64,000 bases of DNA from Heterodontus francisci (lineage: Eukaryota). Within the stretch, counting starts at the first letter, position 1; every line of letters begins with the position of its first letter. Location of the stretch: the NCBI RefSeq assembly GCF_036365525.1, contig NC_090378.1, forward strand, positions 122,063,593 through 122,127,592, in the 5' to 3' direction. Made by a program: the position numbers and the translations under genes. Below are positions 52,701-64,000 of this stretch, one piece after another. The notes below the pieces were generated by a model, which worked only from the letters and a program-made list of their open reading frames with translations, searched no databases and had not been told where the DNA came from.

Positions 52701-55700
52701 GTCCCACCTCCTGGACTGACACATCCCACAGTTATATATAAAAATAATAATGGACACACAGTCCCGCCTCCTGGACTGACACATCCCACAGTTATATATA
52801 ATATATAATAATGGACACACAGTCCCACCTCCTGGACTGACACATCCCACAGTTATATATAAAAATAATAATGGACACACAGTCCCACCTCCTGGACTGA
52901 CACATCCCACAGTTATATATAAAAATAATAATGGACACACAGTCCCACCTCCTGTACTGACGCATCCCACAGTTATATATAATATATAATAATGGACACA
53001 CAGTCCCACCTCATGTAATGACACATCCCACTGTTATATATAATATATAATAATGGACACACAGTCCCACCTCCTGCACTGACACATCCCACAGTTATAT
53101 ATAATATATAATAATGGACACACAGTCCCACCTCCTGCACTGACACATCCCACAGTTATATATAATATATAATAATGGACACACAGTCCCACCTCCTGGA
53201 CTGACACATCCCACAGTTATATATAATAAATAATAATGGACACACAGTCCCACCTCCTGTACTGACACATCCCACAGTTATATATAATATATAATAATGG
53301 ATACACAGTCCCACCTCCTGTACTGACACATCCCACAGGTATATATAATATATAATAATGGACACACAGTCCCACCTCCTGGACTGACACATCCCACAGT
53401 TATATATAAAAATAATAATGGACACACAGTCCCACCTCCTGGACTGACACATCCCACAGTTATATATAATATATAATAATGGAAACACAGTCCCACCTCC
53501 TGCACTGACACATCCCACAGTTATATATAATATATAATAATGGACACACAGTCCCACCTCCTGTACTGACACATCCCACAGTTATATATAAAAATAATAA
53601 TGGACACACAGTCCCGCCTCCTGGACTGACACATCCCACAGTTATATATAATATATAATAATGGACACACAGTCCCACCTCCTGGACTGACACATCCCAC
53701 AGTTATATATAAAAATAATAATGGACACACAGTCCCACCTCCTGGACTGACACATCCCACAGTTATATATAAAAATAATAATGGACACACAGTCCCACCT
53801 CCTGTACTGACGCATCCCACAGTTATATATAATATATAATAATGGACACACAGTCCCACCTCCTGTAATGACACATCCCACTGTTATATATAATATATAA
53901 TAATGGACACACAGTCCCACCTCCTGCACTGACACATCCCACAGTTATATATAATATATAATAATGGACACACAGTCCCACCTCCTGCACTGACACATCC
54001 CACAGTTATATATAATATATAATAATGGACACACAGTCCCACCTCCTGTACTGACATGTCCCACAGTTATATATAAAAATAATAATGGACACACAGTCCC
54101 ACCTCCTGGACTGACACATCCCAGAGTTATATATAATATATAATAATGGACACACAGTCCCACCTCCTGGACTGACACATCCCACAGTTATATATAAAAA
54201 TAATAATGGACACACAGTCCCACCTCCTGTACTGACACATCCCACTGTTATATATAATATATAATAATGGACACACAGTCCCACCTCCTGTACTGACACA
54301 TCCCACTGTTATATATAATATATAATAATGGACACACAGTCCCACCTCCTGCACTGACACATCCCACAGTTATATAGAATATATAATAATGGACACACAG
54401 TCCCACCTCCTGCACTGACACATCCCACAGTTATATATAATATATAATAATGGACACACAGTCCCACCTCCTGTACTGACATGTCCCACAGTTATATATA
54501 AAAATAATAATGGACACACAGTCCCACCTCCTGGACTGACACATCCCAGAGTTATATATAATATATAATAATGGACACACAGTCCCACCTCCTGCACTGA
54601 CACATCCCACAGTTATATATAATATATAATAATGGACACACAGACCCACCTCCTGTACTGACACATCCCACAGTTATATATAATATATAATAATGGACAC
54701 ACAGTCCCACCTCCTGGACTGACACATCCCACAGTTATATATAAAAATAATAATGGACACACAGTCCCACCTCCTGGACTGACACATCCCACAGTTATAT
54801 ATAATATATAATAATGGACACACAGTCCCACCTCCTGCACTGACACATCCCACAGTTATATATAATATATAATAATGGACACACAGTCCCACCTCCTGGA
54901 CTGACACATCCCACAGTTATATATAAAAATAATAATGGACACACAGTCCCACCTCCTGCACTGACACATCCCACAGTTATATCTAATATGTAATAATCGA
55001 CACACAGTCCCACCTCCTGGACTGACACATCCCACAGTTATATATAAAAATAATAATCGACACACAGTCCCACCTCCTGGACTGACACATCCCACAGTTA
55101 TATATAAAAATAATAATGGACACACAGTCCCACCTCCTGGACTGACACATCCCACAGTTATATATAATATATAATAATGGACACACAGTCCCACCTCCTG
55201 TACTGACACATCCCACAGTTATATATAATATATAATAATGGACACACAGTCCCACCTCCTGGACTGACACATTCCACAGTTATATATAAAAATAATAATG
55301 GACACACAGTCCCACCTCCTGGACTGACACATCCCACAGTTATATATAAAAATAATAATGGACACACAGTCCCACCTCCTGTACTGACACATCCCACAGT
55401 TATATATAATATATAATAATGGACACACAGTCCCACCTCCTGGACTGACACATCCCACAGTTATATATAATATATAATAATGGACACACAGTCCCACCTC
55501 CTGGACTGACACATCCCACAGTTATATATAAAAATAATAATGGACACACAGTCCCATCTCCTGGACTGACACATCCCACAGTTATATATAAAAATAATAA
55601 TGGACACACAGTCCCACCTCCTGCACTGACACATCCCACAGTTATATATAATATATAATAATGGACACACAGTCCCACCTCCTGTACTAACACATCCCAG

Positions 55701-58700
55701 AGTTTTTTATAATATATAATAATGGACACACAGTCCCACCTCCTGGACTGACACATCCCACAGTTATATATAAAAATAATAATGGACACACAGTCCCACC
55801 TCCTGGACTGACACATCCCACAGTTATATATAAAAATAATAATGGACACACGGTCCCACCTCCTGTACTGACACATCCCACAATCATATATAATATGTAA
55901 TAATCGACACACAGTCCCACCTCCTGTCGTGAAACATCCCACAGTTAGATATAAAAATTATAATGGACACACAGTCCCAACTCCGGTACTGACACATCCC
56001 ACAGTTATATATAATTTATAATAATGGACACACAGTACCACCTCCTGTACTGACACATCCCACAGTTATATATAATATATAATAATGGACACACAGTCCC
56101 ACCTCCTGGACTGACACATCCCACAGTTATATATAATATATAATAATGGAAACACAGTCCCACCTCCTGCACTGACACATCCCACAGTTATATATAATAT
56201 ATAATAATGGACACACAGTCCCACCTCCTGGACTGACACATCCCACAGTTATATATAAAAATAATAATGGACACACAGTCCCACCTCCTGGACTGACACA
56301 TCCCACAGTTATATATAATATATAATAATGGAAACACAGTCCCACCTCCTGCACTGACACATCCCACAGTTATATATAATATATAATAATGGACACACAG
56401 TCCCACCTCCTGGACTGACACATCCCACAGTTATATATAAAAATAATAATGGACACACAGTCCCGCCTCCTGGACTGACACATCCCACAGTTATATATAA
56501 TATATAATAATGGACACACAGTCCCACCTCCTGGACTGACACATCCCACAGTTATATATAAAAATAATAATGGACACACAGTCCCGCCTCCTGGACTGAC
56601 ACATCCCACAGTTATATATAATATATAATAATGGACACACAGTCCCACCTCCTGGACTGACACATCCCACAGTTATATATAAAAATAATAATGGACACAC
56701 AGTCCCACCTCCTGGACTGACACATCCCACAGTTATATATAAAAATAATAATGGACACACAGTCCCACCTCCTGTACTGACGCATCCCACAGTTATATAT
56801 AATATATAATAATGGACACACAGTCCCACCTCATGTAATGACACATCCCACTGTTATATATAATATATAATAATGGACACACAGTCCCACCTCCTGCACT
56901 GACACATCCCACAGTTATATATAATATATAATAATGGACACACAGTCCCACCTCCTGCACTGACACATCCCACAGTTATATATAATATATAATAATGGAC
57001 ACACAGTCCCACCTCCTGGACTGACACATCCCACAGTTATATATAATAAATAATAATGGACACACAGTCCCACCTCCTGTACTGACACATCCCACAGTTA
57101 TATATAATATATAATAATGGATACACAGTCCCACCTCCTGTACTGACACATCCCACAGGTATATATAATATATAATAATGGACACACAGTCCCACCTCCT
57201 GGACTGACACATCCCACAGTTATATATAAAAATAATAATGGACACACAGTCCCACCTCCTGGACTGACACATCCCACAGTTATATATAATATATAATAAT
57301 GGAAACACAGTCCCACCTCCTGCACTGACACATCCCACAGTTATATATAATATATAATAATGGACACACAGTCCCACCTCCTGTACTGACACATCCCACA
57401 GTTATATATAAAAATAATAATGGACACACAGTCCCGCCTCCTGGACTGACACATCCCACAGTTATATATAAAAATAATAATGGACACACAGTCCCACCTC
57501 CTGTACTGACGCATCCCACAGTTATATATAATATATAATAATGGACACACAGTCCCACCTCCTGTAATGACACATCCCACTGTTATATATAATATATAAT
57601 AATGGACACACAGTCCCACCTCCTGCACTGACACATCCCACAGTTATATATAATATATAATAATGGACACACAGTCCCACCTCCTGCACTGACACATCCC
57701 ACAGTTATATATAATATATAATAATGGACACACAGTCCCACCTCCTGTACTGACATGTCCCACAGTTATATATAAAAATAATAATGGACACACAGTCCCA
57801 CCTCCTGGACTGACACATCCCAGAGTTATATATAATATATAATAATGGACACACAGTCCCACCTCCTGGACTGACACATCCCACAGTTATATATAAAAAT
57901 AATAATGGACACACAGTCCCACCTCCTGTACTGACACATCCCACTGTTATATATAATATATAATAATGGACACACAGTCCCACCTCCTGTACTGACACAT
58001 CCCACTGTTATATATAATATATAATAATGGACACACAGTCCCACCTCCTGCACTGACACATCCCACAGTTATATAGAATATATAATAATGGACACACAGT
58101 CCCACCTCCTGCACTGACACATCCCACAGTTATATATAATATATAATAATGGACACACAGTCCCACCTCCTGTACTGACATGTCCCACAGTTATATATAA
58201 AAATAATAATGGACACACAGTCCCACCTCCTGGACTGACACATCCCAGAGTTATATATAATATATAATAATGGACACACAGTCCCACCTCCTGCACTGAC
58301 ACATCCCACAGTTATATATAATATATAATAATGGACACACAGACCCACCTCCTGTACTGACACATCCCACAGTTATATATAATATATAATAATGGACACA
58401 CAGTCCCACCTCCTGGACTGACACATCCCACAGTTATATATAAAAATAATAATGGACACACAGTCCCACCTCCTGGACTGACACATCCCACAGTTATATA
58501 TAATATATAATAATGGACACACAGTCCCACCTCCTGCACTGACACATCCCACAGTTATATATAATATATAATAATGGACACACAGTCCCACCTCCTGGAC
58601 TGACACATCCCACAGTTATATATAAAAATAATAATGGACACACAGTCCCACCTCCTGCACTGACACATCCCACAGTTATATCTAATATGTAATAATCGAC

Positions 58701-61700
58701 ACACAGTCCCACCTCCTGGACTGACACATCCCACAGTTATATATAAAAATAATAATCGACACACAGTCCCACCTCCTGGACTGACACATCCCACAGTTAT
58801 ATATAAAAATAATAATGGACACACAGTCCCACCTCCTGGACTGACACATCCCACAGTTATATATAATATATAATAATGGACACACAGTCCCACCTCCTGT
58901 ACTGACACATCCCACAGTTATATATAATATATAATAATGGACACACAGTCCCACCTCCTGGACTGACACATTCCACAGTTATATATAAAAATAATAATGG
59001 ACACACAGTCCCACCTCCTGGACTGACACATCCCACAGTTATATATAAAAATAATAATGGACACACAGTCCCACCTCCTGTACTGACACATCCCACAGTT
59101 ATATATAATATATAATAATGGACACACAGTCCCACCTCCTGGACTGACACATCCCACAGTTATATATAATATATAATAATGGACACACAGTCCCACCTCC
59201 TGGACTGACACATCCCACAGTTATATATAAAAATAATAATGGACACACAGTCCCATCTCCTGGACTGACACATCCCACAGTTATATATAAAAATAATAAT
59301 GGACACACAGTCCCACCTCCTGCACTGACACATCCCACAGTTATATATAATATATAATAATGGACACACAGTCCCACCTCCTGTACTAACACATCCCAGA
59401 GTTTTTTATAATATATAATAATGGACACACAGTCCCACCTCCTGGACTGACACATCCCACAGTTATATATAAAAATAATAATGGACACACAGTCCCACCT
59501 CCTGGACTGACACATCCCACAGTTATATATAAAAATAATAATGGACACACGGTCCCACCTCCTGTACTGACACATCCCACAATCATATATAATATGTAAT
59601 AATCGACACACAGTCCCACCTCCTGTCGTGAAACATCCCACAGTTAGATATAAAAATTATAATGGACACACAGTCCCAACTCCGGTACTGACACATCCCA
59701 CAGTTATATATAATTTATAATAATGGACACACAGTACCACCTCCTGTACTGACACATCCCACAGTTATATATAATATATAATAATGGACACATAGTCCCA
59801 CCTCCTGTACTGACATGTCCCACAGTTATATATAAGATATAATAATGGACACACAGTCCCACCTCCTGTATACTGACACATCCCACAGTTATATATATAA
59901 ATAATAATGGACACACAGTCCCACCTCCTCGACTGACACGTCCCACAGTTATATATAACATATAATAATGGAGACACAGTCCCACCTCCTGTCGTGACAC
60001 ATCCCACAGTTAGATATAATATATAATAATGGACACACAGTCCCACCTCCTGTAGTGACATGTCCGACAGTTATATAGAATATATAACAATGGACACACA
60101 GTCCAAACTCCGGTACTGACACGTCCCACAATAATATATCATATATACTCATAGACACACAGTCCCACCTACTGTACTAACACATCCCACAGTTATATAT
60201 AATATATAATAATGGACACACAGTCTCACCTCCTGTACGGATACATCCCACATTTATATATAATATATAATAATGGACACACAGTCCCACCTCCTGTACT
60301 GACACATCCCACAATCATATATAATACATAATAATGGACACACAGTCCCACCTCCTGTACTGACACATCCCACAATCATATATAATATATAATAATGGAC
60401 ACACAGTCCCACCTCCTGCACTGACACATCCCACAGTTATATATAATATATAATAATGGACACACAGTCCCACCTCCCGCACTGACACATCCCACAGTTA
60501 TATATAATAAATAATAATGGACACACAGTCCCACCTCCTCGACTGACACGTCCCACAGTTATATATAATATATAATAATGGACACACAGTCCCACCTCCT
60601 GCACTGACACATCCCACAGTTATATATAATATATAATAATGGACACACAGTCCCACCTCCTGCACTGACACATCCCACAATCATATATAATATATAATAA
60701 TGGACACACAGTCCCACCTCCTGCACTGACACATCCCACAGTTATATATAATATATAATAATGGACACACAGTCCCACCTCCCGCACTGACACATCCCAC
60801 AGTTATATATAATAAATAATAATGGACACACAGTCCCACCTCCTCGACTGACACGTCCCACAGTTATGTATAACATATAATAATGGACACACAGTCCCAC
60901 CTCCTGCACTGACAGATCCCACAGTTATATATAATATATAATAATGGACACACAGTCCCACCTCCTGCACTGACACATCCCACAGTAATATATAAAATAT
61001 AATAATGGACACACAGTCCCACCTCCTCGACTGACACGTCCCACAGTTATATATAACATATAATAATGGACACACAGTCCCACCTCCCGCACTGACACAT
61101 CCCACAGTTATACATAATATATAATCATGGACGCACAGTCCCACCTCCTCGACTGACACCTCCCACAGTTATATATAATATTTAATAATGGACACACAGT
61201 CCCACCTCCCGCACTGACACATCCCACAGTTATATATAATATATAATAATGGACACACAGTCCCACCTCCCGCACTGACACATCCCACAGTTATATATAA
61301 TATATAATAATGTACACACAGTCCCACCTCCCGCACTGACACATCCCACAGTTATATATAATATATAATCATGGACGCACAGTCCCACCTCCTCGACTGA
61401 CACCTCCCACAGTTATATATAATATATAATAATGGACACACAGTCCCACCTCCTGCACTGACACATCCCACAGTTATAAATAATATATAATAATGGACAC
61501 ACAGTCCCACCTCCTGCACTGACACATCCCACAGTTATATATAATATATAATAATGGACGCACAGTCCCACCTGCTGTACTGACACATCCCACAGTTATA
61601 TATAATATATAATAATGGACACACAGTCCCACCTGCTGTACTGACACATCCCACAGTTATATATAATATATAATAATGGACACACAGTCCCACCTCCCGC

Positions 61701-64000
61701 ACTGACACATCCCACAGTTATATATAATATATAATAATGGACACACAGTCCCACCTCCCGCACTGACACATCCCACAGTTATATATAATATATAATAATG
61801 GACACACAGTCCCACCTCCTGCACTGACACATCCCACAGTTATATATAATATATAATAATGGACGCACAGTCCCACCTCCTGTACTGACACATCCCACAG
61901 TTATATATAATAAATAATAATGGACACACAGTCCCACCTCCTCGACTGACACGTCCCACAGTTATATATAATATATAATAATGGACACACAGTCCCACCT
62001 CCTGCACTGACACATCCCACAGTTATATATAATATATAATAATGGACACACAGTCCCACCTCCTGCACTGACACATCCCACAATCATATATAATATATAA
62101 TAATGGACACACAGTCCCACCTCCTGCACTGACACGTCCCACAGTTATATATAATATATAATAATGGACACACAGTCCCACCTCCTGCACTGACACATCC
62201 CACAGTTATATATAATATATAATAATGGACACACAGTCCCACCTCCTGCACTGACACATCCCACAGTTATATATGATATATAATAATGGACACACAGTCC
62301 CACCTCCCGCACTGACACATCCCACAGTTATATATAATATATAATAATGTACACACAGTCCCACCTCCCGCACTGACACATCCCACAGTTATACATAATA
62401 TATAATCATGGACGCACAGTCCCACCTCCTCGACTGACACCTCCCACAGTTATATATAATATTTAATAATGGACACACAGTCCCACCTCCCGCACTGACA
62501 CATCCCACAGTTATATATAATATATAATAATGGACACACAGTCCCACCTCCCGCACTGACACATCCCACAGTTATATATAATATATAATAATGTACACAC
62601 AGTCCCACCTCCCGCACTGACACATCCCACAGTTATATATAATATATAATCATGGATGCACAGTCCCACCTCCTCGACTGACACCTCCCACAGTTATATA
62701 TAATATATAATAATGGACACACAGTCCCACCTCCTGCACTGACACATCCCACAGTTATAAATAATATATAATAATGGACACACAGTCCCACCTCCTGCAC
62801 TGACACATCCCACAGTTATATATAATATATAATAATGGACGCACAGTCCCACCTGCTGTACTGACACATCCCACAGTTATATATAATATATAATAATGGA
62901 CACACAGTCCCACCTCCTGTACTGACACATCCCACAGTTATATATAATATATAATAATGGACACACAGTCCCACCTCCCGCACTGACACATCCCACAGTT
63001 ATATATAATATATAATAATGGACACACAGTCCCACCTCCCGCACTGACACATCCCACAGTTATATATAATATATAATAATGGACACACAGTCCCACCTCC
63101 TGCACTGACACATCCCACAGTTATATATAATATATAATAATGGACGCACAGTCCCACCTCCTGTACTGACACATCCCACAGTTATATATAATATATAATA
63201 ATGGACACACAGTCCCACCTCCTGTACTGACACATCCCACAGTTATATATAATATATAATAATGGACACACAGTCCCACCTCCCGCACTGACACATCCCA
63301 CAGTTATATATAATATATAATAATGGACACACAGTCCCACCTCCCGCACTGACACATCCCACAGTTATATATAATATATAATAATGGACACACAGTCCCA
63401 CCTCCTGCACTGACACATCCCACAGTTATATATAATATATAATAATGGACACACAGTCCCACCTCCCGCACTGACACATCCACAGTTATATATAATATAT
63501 AATAATGGACACACAGTCCCACCTCCCGCACTGACACATCCACAGTTATATATAATATATAATAATGGACACACAGTCCCACCTCCTGTACTGACACATC
63601 CCACAGTTATATATAATATATAATAATGGACACACAGTCCCACCTCCCGCACTGACACATCCCACAGTTATATATAATATATAATAATGGACACACAGTC
63701 CCACCTCCTGCACTGACACATCCCACAGTTATATATAATTTATAATAATGAACACACAGTCCCAACCCCTGCACTGACACGTCCCACAGTTATATATCAT
63801 ATATAATAATGAACACACAGTCCCAACCCCTGCACTGACACGTCCCACAGTTATATATAATATATAATAATGAACACACAGTCCCAACCCCTGCATTGAC
63901 ACGTCCCACAGTTATATATAATATATAATAATGAACACACAGTCCCAGCCCCTGCACTGACACGTCCCACAGTTATATATAATATATAATAATGGATACA
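37760..64000. repeat. 61-bp satellite, >26 kb, ~430 units, runs off the window end (consensus GGACACACAGTCCCACCTCCTG[C/T/G]ACTGACACATCCCACAGTTATATATAATATATAATAAT; 60-bp variants with ...ATATAAAAATAATAAT)
   Basis: Directly visible periodicity. Variant domains and kb-scale duplications are visible as repeated ORF patterns (offsets 1403, 3699, 3820). Confidence 0.99.

Noticed and set aside
38411-63658. Dozens of short minus-strand ORFs ([14 protein letters not shown]...)
   Set aside because: Frame-rotating translations of the 61/60-bp satellite.
37760-64000. CRISPR-like appearance of the 61-bp array (and the 36-bp array)
   Set aside because: No unique spacers; units are contiguous near-identical copies. 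Vertebrate context and no cas genes.

Overview
Eukaryotic, repeat-dense genomic DNA, almost certainly from a cartilaginous fish (shark). The evidence is a shark-type kappa light-chain leader/V gene plus shark-type V-SINE, CR1, L2 and Gypsy relics. The only clearly intact gene is one unrearranged immunoglobulin kappa-type (chondrichthyan type III/NS4-like) V segment on the + strand: promoter ~37040-37136, leader exon 37197-37245, 186-bp intron, V exon 37432-37729 and a perfect 12-RSS at 37730-37757. About 5 bp after the nonamer a 61-bp satellite begins and runs >26 kb to the window end (~430 units). No J or C segment is visible. Each unit carries two RSS-heptamer-like motifs (CACAGTC, CACAGTT), all on the same strand as the V RSS. 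Upstream are a ~200-bp island of lymphoid transcription-factor motifs (33729-33921), four other tandem arrays (36, 23, 32 and 43 bp units), and degraded mobile elements: a Gmr1-like Gypsy LTR element with a nested second LTR element, CR1 and L2 LINEs, a V-SINE, a hAT MITE, a Harbinger Myb fragment, and a LINE with a tRNA-derived 5' head. There are also a few unassigned minus-strand exon candidates. Nearly all long ORFs in the ORF track are by-products of tandem repeats.
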